This document shows, in pieces, positions 33,817-42,209 of a DNA stretch of 56,036 nucleotides. Within the stretch, counting starts at the first letter, position 1, and each line of letters starts with the position of its first letter. The notes below the pieces were generated by a model. It was not told where the DNA came from. It made no database searches and saw nothing but the letters and a program-made list of their open reading frames with translations. Position numbers and translations under genes: made by a program. This stretch comes from an uncultured virus (IMG/VR IMGVR_UViG_3300042503_001656). Taxonomy: Duplodnaviria; Heunggongvirae; Uroviricota; Caudoviricetes. The stretch lies in IMG/VR virus record IMGVR_UViG_3300042503_001656, positions 62,001 to 118,036 of that record, one strand, 5' to 3'.

Positions 33817-34945
33817 ATGTTGAATCTATTTCTTCTTCTTGGTTTCTTACTGTGTACGCCCTGGTCCTTGGTCCAACGGGCGAAGGCGAGCCACCATCTA
33901 TCTCATTTAGAACAAGGGTTCTAATTAATAGGCTGATTGGATATGCTCGTTGGTCTTCTAGGTGTTTCTTGCGAAACTTGGACACATACGCTTTTGCTTC
34001 CATTTGTCTACGTTCACCAATAAGGTACTCCTCAATAAACATAGAGGCACCTTCTAGACCGAGTGCTGAATATTGGTCTATTAGTTTTTCGATGTCAAAC
34101 TCTGGCCACCATCGACGCTGGGCATCTATGTAGGGGAAGCACTCAAAAAGTCTGTCGTAGAACTTTGGTTCAGTAGCAACCACATCACCAATTCTGCGGA
34201 TAGCAATACTATGGAGTGGAATACCGATTCTTGTGTTGCTCTCTGTTTGGGCGGCAAGGTCGTAGTACTCACAATATTCAGAACCGTGCTCTTCAATTAG
34301 AAACTTAAAAACATCGTTTGTATTCCAGTCATAAATGACCTTTGCAAACTTCATCGGAATTCCGGTTTTCAGCTTGTACGGAGTGACGATGTAGTTTTCG
34401 TGAAGCTTCTGCACGCATGAGCGATAACGAACCATCGACTCGCTAGCCCTAACTCCAGTGATGAAGGCAACATTGCCTTTCTTTCCCTGCATTGTGTAGT
34501 AGTCGGTTTGCTCGGGCAAAGAGACGTCATGTGTCAAGCCAAAGTCTTCAGCAGTAATTGCCCATGGCGGAATATCTCTAACGAGCCTTCCTTGGTTCTT
34601 GCGCGTATTGCTCCAAAGAACCGTGGTAACTCTTTGTCCAAGAACCCAAATCTCTGCAGGGTATGGAAGGCAGTACCACTCCATGTCAACCCAGTCGTAG
34701 TTTCTGACCTTCTCGACGTACTTGATGGTTGCCGGGCTAACCATTTCTTCATCTCTAAAGATGACCTTTACAGGGCCAAGTCCTCGCTCTTCATGGACTT
34801 CTTTGGCAAGGTACATAACAGCAGAAGAGTCTTTGCCACCAGAGAATTGAACACACACGGTGTCAAAGGTGTCGTATACGTGGCGAATTCTTTGACGAGC
34901 TGCATCGATGCAACTCATGTCAAGAAACATTCTTTGTCTAGTCAT
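33806..34945 (-). CDS. PAPS-reductase-family (PP-loop) protein, IbrA/DUF3440-like
   Basis: AARQRIRHVYDTFDTVCVQFSGGKDS; IFRDEE; ITGVRASESMVRY; IYDWNTNDVF. Confidence 0.85.
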   Translation of the reverse strand: MTRQRMFLDMSCIDAARQRIRHVYDTFDTVCVQFSGGKDSSAVMYLAKEVHEERGLGPVKVIFRDEEMVSPATIKYVEKVRNYDWVDMEWYCLPYPAEIWVLGQRVTTVLWSNTRKNQGRLVRDIPPWAITAEDFGLTHDVSLPEQTDYYTMQGKKGNVAFITGVRASESMVRYRSCVQKLHENYIVTPYKLKTGIPMKFAKVIYDWNTNDVFKFLIEEHGSEYCEYYDLAAQTESNTRIGIPLHSIAIRRIGDVVATEPKFYDRLFECFPYIDAQRRWWPEFDIEKLIDQYSALGLEGASMFIEEYLIGERRQMEAKAYVSKFRKKHLEDQRAYPISLLIRTLVLNEIDGGSPSPVGPRTRAYTVRNQEEEIDSTYEV

Positions 34946-35124
34946 TAATATTTCGCAATCTGAGAAAGCCTCTGATTTTCTGCTCTAACATTTTCCAACT
35001 CTATGCGCAAGCGTTCAATCTCATCGGCCGCTTCCCAGCAGGCAACGGGAACGACTTTGCCGCTCATGTCGCCACGCAGGGATGCTATGTCTCGCAGTCG
35101 GGTCAGAATATCATTTTGATTCAT
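34945..35124 (-). CDS. Small hypothetical protein (DILTRLR...EAADEIERLR type)
   Basis: Likely start at ATG 35124 (MNQNDILTRLRD); common small phage protein pattern. Confidence 0.6.
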   Translation of the reverse strand: MNQNDILTRLRDIASLRGDMSGKVVPVACWEAADEIERLRIELENVRAENQRLSQIAKY

Positions 35125-35335
35125 TGTATTTCCTTGTGTTTTTGGCATTCCTTGCATAAACCGCAGCATAGGCAATCGCCATCAATATGAATCCATATTG
35201 CTTGGTTCTTATTGCGTAGACAATCCAAAGAATTTCATTAACGAGGTTTATTAACCAACCCCACCAAACCCTATTGCCAGCGATTAGGAGACCAGTAACT
35301 CCTAAAATGCCCAGCACCCATGACCATGCACTCAT
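35111..35335 (-). CDS. Small membrane protein, PnuC/SemiSWEET-like 3-helix unit
   Basis: 74 aa, hydrophobic: WSWVLGILGVTGLLIAG...WGWLINLVNEILWIVYAI...QYGFILMAIAY. Confidence 0.6.
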   Translation of the reverse strand: MSAWSWVLGILGVTGLLIAGNRVWWGWLINLVNEILWIVYAIRTKQYGFILMAIAYAAVYARNAKNTRKYNESK

Positions 35336-36141
35336 TAAATCTCCGAGTGTTGGCCGATGAAGTCCATCAGTCTTTCTGCTGTTGTGTTTCCAACAATTGC
35401 AGGGTCGCTACGAAGCCATCTAACAAAGTCATACCAGCGAGACTGCTGAGCAGGGTTATCAAAAACAATCGTAAACTGAACCACGGCCTGCTGTGCGGCT
35501 CCGTTTGCCATTGTCGAACCTCTAACGGCAATGTCATTCTGGTCGGATGAAGGTGGGGCAACGATTCTTTTTTCTCCATCGCTATCACGAGAAACAGAGA
35601 ACTGTTGTTCTGGCAATTCTGGGACATCATTGAATCCCTGTATTTCTGTGTTGCGGTCGATTAGAACAGGCGGAACATAGGAACCAGTTGTAGACATCTC
35701 GCTACTGTTCCTGTATGCCTCTTGCTCATACTCGGCAATCTCAAACTCATCCCAACCGAGTCCTTCTAAAAGTTCTGGGTAGTCATCGCTTACTGCGGTA
35801 ATCAGTTCATAAAGAACTTCTGGTTCTGAATAACCTAGTTCAACAGTTCTATTGTCTGCCAACGCAAACGCAACTGCACGGGAATCGTCACCGTCAAGAT
35901 AAACAACAGCAACTTTGTCCCACCCAAGCATCTTGGCTGCTTCAAGTTGGTGGTTTCCTGCGATAACCGTGGCTGTACCATCATCGTTTTTCTTTGCAAC
36001 AATTGGCTTTACTTGTCCGAATTCAGCATAGGAAGCGGCAATTGCATCAACGTCGCCAATTCTTGGATTTTTTTCAAGCGGCAAAAGAGTTTCTATATCT
36101 ACTGCCATTCCCAACAGTGACTCATGAATTCCATTACTCAT
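35335..36141 (-). CDS. ParB/Srx N-terminal domain protein
   Basis: LLPLEKNPRIGDVDAIAASYAEFGQVKPIV...VIAGNHQLEAAKMLGW...ALADNRT. Confidence 0.85.
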   Translation of the reverse strand: MSNGIHESLLGMAVDIETLLPLEKNPRIGDVDAIAASYAEFGQVKPIVAKKNDDGTATVIAGNHQLEAAKMLGWDKVAVVYLDGDDSRAVAFALADNRTVELGYSEPEVLYELITAVSDDYPELLEGLGWDEFEIAEYEQEAYRNSSEMSTTGSYVPPVLIDRNTEIQGFNDVPELPEQQFSVSRDSDGEKRIVAPPSSDQNDIAVRGSTMANGAAQQAVVQFTIVFDNPAQQSRWYDFVRWLRSDPAIVGNTTAERLMDFIGQHSEI

Positions 36142-36479
36142 ACTTGATGTCTCACATTGGCGTTGAGGGTTCTCATAGCATCAATAGACGTACGAAGTGA
36201 AAGTAACTTCTCTCTCTTTGACTTAACCAATGCTTCAGATATTTTGTAATCGAAAGAAGATGAGTCAAGCTTGTAGTCAGCCCATGCTTCACGTTCTTTG
36301 ATTGAGCCTTTTGCAGACAAGTATTCTTTCGCCCAATTAGACTTATGAAGTGCTTCCTTCTTGGCATTGTCTGTGGCCAAAACCTCAAAAGCTTCTGTCT
36401 CTTCTTCAAGCATCTCTATAAGACGAAGAAGCTCGTTTTCGATGTCTACCTGGCTAATTGGCTTATTTCTATGTTGCAC
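36138..36479 (-). CDS. Hypothetical coiled-coil protein
   Basis: 113 aa, helical; overlaps both neighbours. Confidence 0.65.
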   Translation of the reverse strand: MQHRNKPISQVDIENELLRLIEMLEEETEAFEVLATDNAKKEALHKSNWAKEYLSAKGSIKEREAWADYKLDSSSFDYKISEALVKSKREKLLSLRTSIDAMRTLNANVRHQV

Positions 36480-37011
36480 TTACGCTCCTCTTATTATCCA
36501 GCGGCGACCAATCTATCTTCTCCAGAGAAGATAGTTGCACCGATGTCCAATCATATGAACTTTTACCTAAATATGCAAGTCCCATTTGTTCAAGAATCCA
36601 TGCGTCGCATTCGTCGTCGGCTCCAGCGCCAGAAAAGATAAGACCGGTCTTTGATGAGATTGCAGAGATAACTTCCGTTTTTCCCGCATTGCCTTTTCCA
36701 GTGGCAAATTTAGCCCTGGATGTTGGAGGAACCTCTACATATGCAATTCCGCACTCCCAGAAAGTCATCCTGATACACCCACCAAGCTCTCCAATGCTGT
36801 GGGCCTGTGAGTTGCGTGATGCAAACGAGTAGCCCTCAATGATGGCGCAGTCAATTTTATCGTCAAGACATGTCTGAAGAACGGTCTTATTTATATAAGA
36901 CAGCCTTTCAGGGCCCTTAGTTTTAGTGGAAATAATCGACGTTTTGCCATTTATTGACACTCCGGTGGAGGTCAGTGAAAGGTCTAGTCCTATTAGCTTC
37001 AAATCGGGCAC
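36469..37011 (-). CDS. ruvC: RuvC-like Holliday junction resolvase
   Basis: IGLDLSLTSTGV, AIIEGY, KFATGKGNAGK, DDECDA (RuvC acidic residues). Confidence 0.85.
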   Translation of the reverse strand: MPDLKLIGLDLSLTSTGVSINGKTSIISTKTKGPERLSYINKTVLQTCLDDKIDCAIIEGYSFASRNSQAHSIGELGGCIRMTFWECGIAYVEVPPTSRAKFATGKGNAGKTEVISAISSKTGLIFSGAGADDECDAWILEQMGLAYLGKSSYDWTSVQLSSLEKIDWSPLDNKRSVSAT

Positions 37012-37029
37012 AAACAGACCCTACTACAC

Positions 37030-37059
37030 AAAAATCGGGCAGGATTTCTCCTACCCGAC
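37030..37059 (-). terminator. Rho-independent terminator (minus strand)
   Basis: Minus strand GTCGGGTAGGA-GAAA-TCCTGCCCGAT followed by a T run. Confidence 0.7.
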
Positions 37060-37262
37060 TTTTGCCTATAACGGTCACAAATCTTGTGCTGAAACAATTG
37101 TACAACAATAACAAACTGAGCTGATACAGCAAACAACCGCTTATCCTGCAGAGACAAGCGGTTGTAGAGAAATTAAGAAATAAATCTCCGAATTGCCGTG
37201 GTTAGGCCACTAGACATTGACCACCGTCCTTTCCTTTCCGACAGCAGGTTTGTAGGTACCTG
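37030..37262 (-). ncRNA. Candidate structured small RNA or 14-aa-peptide transcript
   Basis: -10 TATTCT at 37274-37269, 13-bp hairpin at 37133-37165, terminator at 37030-37059; no Rfam family recognised. Confidence 0.3.
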
Positions 37263-37379
37263 GTATCAAGAATACACGCATGAATAATAAACGAACAATA
37301 AATAATTGCCGAAATAATGCAAAGAAGAAAAACTTCTGATGCTATTATTGTTTCATACCCCCTCACTCAAGGAGAAAAT

Positions 37380-37733
37380 ATGTCAACAGCAGCATTGGCC
37401 CCAACAACGGTCACACTCACGATTCCCGGAACCCTTTCGACCTCAAGCCTTGTTTCCGTAGCTTTGCCTTTCAATGGCAGAATCACTGGAGCATACGTTG
37501 CAGTTACTGGTGCACCAGCAGGTTCGGCACTTACTGCAGACCTCAAGGTTGGCTCAGATGTCGCAGCAGCCTTCTCAATCGCAGCAGGCGGTTTTGTAGA
37601 CGCAGGAACGCTTACAGCAGCCAACACGGACTTCGTTGCAGGCGACCTTATTAGCCTTGATGTTTCAGCAGTTGGTTCTGGTACCGCCGGTTCAAACATG
37701 ACTGTTGCTTTTACGGTTCAAGAAGGCCGTTAA
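37380..37733 (+). CDS. Small Ala/Gly/Thr-rich beta protein, possible virion decoration protein
   Basis: AAGGAG RBS before ATG 37380; extended -10 TGcTATTAT at 37340-37348; has its own terminator. Confidence 0.65.
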   Translation: MSTAALAPTTVTLTIPGTLSTSSLVSVALPFNGRITGAYVAVTGAPAGSALTADLKVGSDVAAAFSIAAGGFVDAGTLTAANTDFVAGDLISLDVSAVGSGTAGSNMTVAFTVQEGR

Positions 37734-37757
37734 TTAAAAATTAACCAAAATCTGATT

Positions 37758-37784
37758 AAAGCGCTTCTTCGGGGGCGCTTTTTT
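37758..37784 (+). terminator. Rho-independent terminator
   Basis: AAAGCGCTTC-TTCG-GGGGCGCTTT-TTT with a cUUCGg tetraloop. Confidence 0.8.
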
Positions 37785-37809
37785 CATGCCCAATATAGAG
37801 CCGTAGGGC

Positions 37810-38184
37810 TTATTCGTCGTATGAGTGTTTAGATAGTCCAAGGTCAAAGGCAAGCTGGGGATAGTTCCCTATCCGTGTATGGCACTGACGGCAGACACAC
37901 ATAAGGTTTGACTCATCAAGAATAGAACCACCCTGTGAGCGTCTCACTAGTTCATGCACATCAACAGATGGTCTTTGCTGATAAACGGCAAGGCCATCAT
38001 ACTGGGCAAAAACAGGACATGCCTGACACCATGGTCGCTCCTCTAAAAGCTTTTTTACCAAAGGTCTGCGAAGTTCGTACTTTTCTTCCGTCTTCTTGGA
38101 ACGCTGATTTATCTTCTTGGAAGAGTTCTTAATCGGAGTTCTTTTTAGCGGTTTATCTGACCGCTTGAGAGGCTTGCGCTTCAC
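37810..38184 (-). CDS. HNH endonuclease
   Basis: WCQACP...DVHELVRRSQGGSILDESNLMCVCRQCH. Confidence 0.8.
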   Translation of the reverse strand: MKRKPLKRSDKPLKRTPIKNSSKKINQRSKKTEEKYELRRPLVKKLLEERPWCQACPVFAQYDGLAVYQQRPSVDVHELVRRSQGGSILDESNLMCVCRQCHTRIGNYPQLAFDLGLSKHSYDE

Positions 38185-38699
38185 TCTGCAGGGAATAGGC
38201 TTGACTCATCGATTGAGTCAAAAAGCCATTCATTGTCAAGAACAGCCCACAGCGCCCTATCGATTGAAGTCTCTTCAAGGTCGAATTCTCGCAAGAGGGT
38301 CCGATGCTTGATAATTGCCTTTTTGAGAGTTTCCATCTCTTGCCAACCGTTTGACTCAGGGGCCTCTCCAGTATCAATCATTGCTGAGATTTCGTCAAGT
38401 CTCTTGTTTACATGAAACCTAAACCTAAGAATCTTCTTCTTGCGTCCTTCGTATGCACGAGAAGCCTCTTGGGCAAGAATCTTTCCATCTCTGCCCATCC
38501 TTTGGAATCGCTCCAGGTCTGCATCGTTGTCCATGTCAATGTCTTCGATTTGGTCATCAAGGTTGTCAACCAAAGCCTGCAGATTGTCTCTCCATCTTTC
38601 CCAGTTTTCTCTTTCCATTAAGAGGTCTCTCTGGATTGGGGATAGTTTGTTTTTTACTTCCTCAGCAACCATTTGTGCGAAAGTATTATCGTCAATCAT
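38181..38699 (-). CDS. Hypothetical protein, 172 aa
   Basis: Operonic 4-nt overlaps on both sides; helical. Confidence 0.7.
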   Translation of the reverse strand: MIDDNTFAQMVAEEVKNKLSPIQRDLLMERENWERWRDNLQALVDNLDDQIEDIDMDNDADLERFQRMGRDGKILAQEASRAYEGRKKKILRFRFHVNKRLDEISAMIDTGEAPESNGWQEMETLKKAIIKHRTLLREFDLEETSIDRALWAVLDNEWLFDSIDESSLFPAE

Positions 38700-39478
38700 T
38701 TCTTACCACCAAACATTGGGCATATCTCTTGGTAACTACACCAGTTACACAGTATTGATTTTCTTGCTTCAAATTCACCGGTTCGACAGCATTCGTCGAC
38801 CTGCTTTTTTGTATCGATTACATGCTCAATCATGTTCTTAGCTTCTCTGCTGTTTACATGTTTTTTGAGCCTTACGCCATCTTTGAGATAAAGAAGTTCA
38901 AGCTCTTTAGCAGTGCCTACTCCCATTTTCTCTAACATGTATGCGTAGACATAAAGTTGGAAGAACTTGTCACCCTGATACTGAGGGCGAGGTGTTTTGC
39001 CTGTTTTATAGTCGCTCACGATGAGTGATTCTCCGTCTCCAAGGGTTGAATATCGGTCGATAAACCCCTTGATTACGACACCCTCAATGTCTCCTACGAC
39101 TTCAAACTCAAGACCGTCAGGCTCTAGTTCCTGAGGGTTTTCCAATCTCCATAGGTTCTCAATACAGAACCATGAGCGCCATCTAAAGAGGCGTACTTCT
39201 TCTGAGTTCTTTACAGAGGAAGTTGCTTGGTCAACCCAAATCTCTTCCCATACTTGCTTTGCAAGAACCTTTGCATTATCAAGCGTTCTGTCTTCCGCAG
39301 GAAGTTTATAAAGCTCCTCAAGAACATCGTGAACAAAGTTTCCCATGACGGCAGCTTCACCTGAAACATCTGGAATTTTGTCAATTTTGTTATATCTGAA
39401 CTTAAGTGGACATTGATGAAATGTGCCAATAGAAGATGCAGAAAGATGAGGAGGAGGTGTTAGCTCACTCTGAGACAA
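38696..39478 (-). CDS. PD-(D/E)XK RecB-like exonuclease
   Basis: HLSASSIGTFHQCP, GNFVHDVLE, KGFIDR, VSDYKTGK, QLYVY, C-terminal CNWCSYQEICP. Start probably TTG 39478 (the ORF track extends to 39514). Confidence 0.88.
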   Translation of the reverse strand: MSQSELTPPPHLSASSIGTFHQCPLKFRYNKIDKIPDVSGEAAVMGNFVHDVLEELYKLPAEDRTLDNAKVLAKQVWEEIWVDQATSSVKNSEEVRLFRWRSWFCIENLWRLENPQELEPDGLEFEVVGDIEGVVIKGFIDRYSTLGDGESLIVSDYKTGKTPRPQYQGDKFFQLYVYAYMLEKMGVGTAKELELLYLKDGVRLKKHVNSREAKNMIEHVIDTKKQVDECCRTGEFEARKSILCNWCSYQEICPMFGGKK

Positions 39479-40121
39479 GTGTGCCACCAAACTGAATGCG
39501 GACAATCTCTGCAATCAAGTCGTCAAGGTCTTGGTCGGTTGCATTTGACTTTGTTGGCTTTGGTCGACCACCTGCATGCTTCTCCCAAAACTCATTGAGT
39601 TCTGTCTTTTGTTCAGCGTTGAGCGACTTAGCAAGGCCAGCAAACTGCTCCCACTTGTCAAGTCGTTCTTGTTCCTGTGGAGAGATGCTCATTGCTTCTT
39701 CAACATCCATTGCCTCTTCACTGCGAGCGAGATACAAGCCAACTCCAAGAGTTTGGGCTGCTTTCTTGAGCGCATCAGAAACCGCACCCTTCATCTCGTC
39801 ACCGAGGTCAACAATGTCGCCAGTCTTCGTGCGCTTGATTTTTTGACCACCAAATCCATCACGAACAATGACGCTTTCTGGACGTGTTGCATCCGTGTGC
39901 CACATTAAACGCACATGGGCGACAATGTAGTCAGGGTCAAGAGTGTCACGCTCGCACGAAAGAATATTGAATGACCACGCTTCAATTCCAAGAACCTTGT
40001 TTAAGCGAGTAATCACTTCACTTACCGGAATGTAGGTAAGAGATGCTCCACCTTTCTTAAGGATTTTTTCCATCTCTCGTGGAAATGGTTCGCTTAACTG
40101 TTGCATAACTGTGTTGTTCAT
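39465..40121 (-). CDS. Rad52/22-family single-strand annealing protein (Sak-like)
   Basis: LTYIPVSEVITRLNKVLG...WSF...KGAVSDALKKAAQTLGVGLYL; start ATG 40121 overlaps the upstream stop (ATGA). Confidence 0.85.
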   Translation of the reverse strand: MNNTVMQQLSEPFPREMEKILKKGGASLTYIPVSEVITRLNKVLGIEAWSFNILSCERDTLDPDYIVAHVRLMWHTDATRPESVIVRDGFGGQKIKRTKTGDIVDLGDEMKGAVSDALKKAAQTLGVGLYLARSEEAMDVEEAMSISPQEQERLDKWEQFAGLAKSLNAEQKTELNEFWEKHAGGRPKPTKSNATDQDLDDLIAEIVRIQFGGTLVSE

Positions 40122-40615
40122 TCTGTGTCGCCCTTTCTGACGATGATGCTTGTTTTTAGTACGCCTGTTTCGCAATACATATCTGGGTTGATACCGATGT
40201 TGTTGAGTTCTTTGATTCTCCAGTAAGAAGGAGCGCAGTAAGTCATTAACTCCATAGCAATATCTTCTGGAGACTTTACAACCTCGCCCGTGTCCATGTC
40301 AACGGACATCTGACCAAGTCGGTCAACTACTGCTTTGGCAAGGTCTTTATGTTGCCAAGCTTTCCGTTCGTATGAAGACTTCTTTTCAATGATTGCGTTT
40401 CCAGGAAGTGGAACAGCGGACTCTTTGTCCATCATTTCTCCAAAACGATTCGCAACAGAGTCATAAACAAGAGACATGTCTCGTTTGGCTAGATTCATCT
40501 GAAGAAGCATGTTTCCCGCTTCTTCAAGAGTTGCTCCATTGTTCATGGCTTCAAGAACTTCTGCTTCGAGTTGAACCATGAGGTAGCGAATCTCAACAAT
40601 TTTTTCTATGGTCAA
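40118..40615 (-). CDS. Hypothetical protein, 165 aa
   Basis: ORF coupled to the Sak gene; VDMDTGEV motif. Confidence 0.7.
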   Translation of the reverse strand: MTIEKIVEIRYLMVQLEAEVLEAMNNGATLEEAGNMLLQMNLAKRDMSLVYDSVANRFGEMMDKESAVPLPGNAIIEKKSSYERKAWQHKDLAKAVVDRLGQMSVDMDTGEVVKSPEDIAMELMTYCAPSYWRIKELNNIGINPDMYCETGVLKTSIIVRKGDTE

Positions 40616-40651
40616 TTAGTACCGTCCTAGTTAGTAGCTGGTCTCCCAGTG

Positions 40652-41968
40652 CTAGATAACGATAGCAATCCTTCTTCTTTGTTGCAACCCGAGTCCGGCC
40701 AAATGTGTAAAAGCCCCAACAGCAGAGTCAACCTGGTCGTCGTGGTCGCATGCTTCAGGGAAAGAAGAAAGTTCATCAAGCCACTGAGTCAGCCATGGAC
40801 CCCTAACTACCCTTACGTTTCCATTTGCTACTGCTGCGGCAAATGGTCTAGCCCTAGTGACCTTGTCTCCGGTTGCCCTAACTCCAGAAAAGTTATAACC
40901 GGGAAGAACGTATCTGGCGTACTGGTCGACAAGCGCTTTACCGCTTGAGCCGGGCTCCATTTCCATAAGAATCGGGGTATCTAGACCGTCTTCGTATGCT
41001 GTTTGAGATATTAATTGCTCGACTTTTTCCCCACGAACCCTGACTCTCTTGACGTCCATGATGTAAGCAATGCCTTGGTCAAACATCATCAAGGTTCCAA
41101 CCGTGTAGTCAGGGTCAGGGTTGTTTGGACTTGGTTCGGTTGCTGCAAGGTCCCAGAACCTAACAACCCTTGCTGTGTTGGATATTGTTGGGACTTCAGA
41201 CTGGTCAATAATAATTACCGACTCTCGTTCAAAGAGGCTTCCGAGAGTCGTGCTCCACCAGTCACCTTCTTCAAGTCGTCTACGCTCGATTGGGTCAAGG
41301 GCTTGCAAAGCCTGACGATACGAATCAGCGTCAATTCCGGGGTTGTCCGTAAGTTTTGAAGGTACGAATATTCTTCCTTCAGACAATCCCTCAACAATGA
41401 ATCTCTGCCTCACCCAGTTGGGCGCAGGGTTAGATGCGCAACGCATTCTGAGGGGGACTTCCGATAGGGGGCCAGAGTTGGGTCGACGCAAACGGGAGAA
41501 CATGTAGCGATAGTCGGATTCCCGGATTTCGGTGACTTCGTCCATTCCGATGAACTGGAATTCAGAACCTTTGTAGCGAAGATAGTCGGACTGGTTGTTT
41601 AGGTATCCAAACGAGATTCTTGCCCCCGAAGGGAAGGTAGCCACGAAGCTGTTGTTGTTCCAGTGGACATCGTCGTAGTTAGACATCCACGATTTAAAGC
41701 GGTCCATGAGTGCTCCAGGTAGCGACAAGTCTGCGAATGTTCGACGGAAAAGAATTGCAGAATAGTTGGGGACATCTACAAACTGAAGGGCGGACATCAA
41801 AAGCGCAGAAGACTTACCACCGCCAGCAGCACCCCCAAAAAGGGCCTCAATGCCGTTAGTTCTCAAAAATACCTTTTGAGGCAAAGATGGCTCTTCTGGG
41901 CAGTAGTCGGACATCTTTGGTTGGAGATACTCAAGAACTTGTTCCCAGTTCGTAGGTTGTTCTGACAT
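40652..41968 (-). CDS. terL: Terminase large subunit
   Basis: Walker A FGGAAGGGKS, Walker B FIGMDE, ASNP, nuclease RFWDLAA and HDDQVDS. Confidence 0.93.
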   Translation of the reverse strand: MSEQPTNWEQVLEYLQPKMSDYCPEEPSLPQKVFLRTNGIEALFGGAAGGGKSSALLMSALQFVDVPNYSAILFRRTFADLSLPGALMDRFKSWMSNYDDVHWNNNSFVATFPSGARISFGYLNNQSDYLRYKGSEFQFIGMDEVTEIRESDYRYMFSRLRRPNSGPLSEVPLRMRCASNPAPNWVRQRFIVEGLSEGRIFVPSKLTDNPGIDADSYRQALQALDPIERRRLEEGDWWSTTLGSLFERESVIIIDQSEVPTISNTARVVRFWDLAATEPSPNNPDPDYTVGTLMMFDQGIAYIMDVKRVRVRGEKVEQLISQTAYEDGLDTPILMEMEPGSSGKALVDQYARYVLPGYNFSGVRATGDKVTRARPFAAAVANGNVRVVRGPWLTQWLDELSSFPEACDHDDQVDSAVGAFTHLAGLGLQQRRRIAIVI

Positions 41969-42024
41969 ATATATCTCCGGGTTGTTTAGTCTGATGATAC
42001 TCCAATGCGCTAGGCTGTGAGCAT

Positions 42025-42204
42025 ATGCAAAAGTTATGGCTACGAGTTAAAATCAGACTGAACAGGTCTTTGTTCGCTTATTTTTTCATGGTTTCATTTA
42101 TAATACTATCTAGTATTGGTGCAGCGCTTATATACCCCCCAGCTGGTTTGCTGGTTGGAGGGGCTACATGTGGCTTCTTCGGATTTTTGTTAGGTCGTGA
42201 GTAA
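42025..42204 (+). CDS. Small 59-aa membrane protein upstream of portal
   Basis: Not in the ORF track. MQKLWLRVKIRLNRSLFAYFFMVSFIILSSIGAALIYPPAGLLVGGATCGFFGFLLGRE, two TM helices; TAGGCT -10 lies 8 nt upstream. Confidence 0.7.
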   Translation: MQKLWLRVKIRLNRSLFAYFFMVSFIILSSIGAALIYPPAGLLVGGATCGFFGFLLGRE

Positions 42205-42209
42205 AAAAT

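Noticed and set aside
36926..37379. tRNA or known riboswitch in the intergenic region; ORFs 36926-37111 and 36923-37132
   Set aside because: No cloverleaf/T-loop or recognised riboswitch consensus; the ORFs overlap ruvC and the terminator and lack RBS support.
38696..39478. Cas4-like nuclease suggesting CRISPR
   Set aside because: No other cas genes and no repeat-spacer array seen; the Sak neighbour indicates a RecB-like recombination exonuclease.
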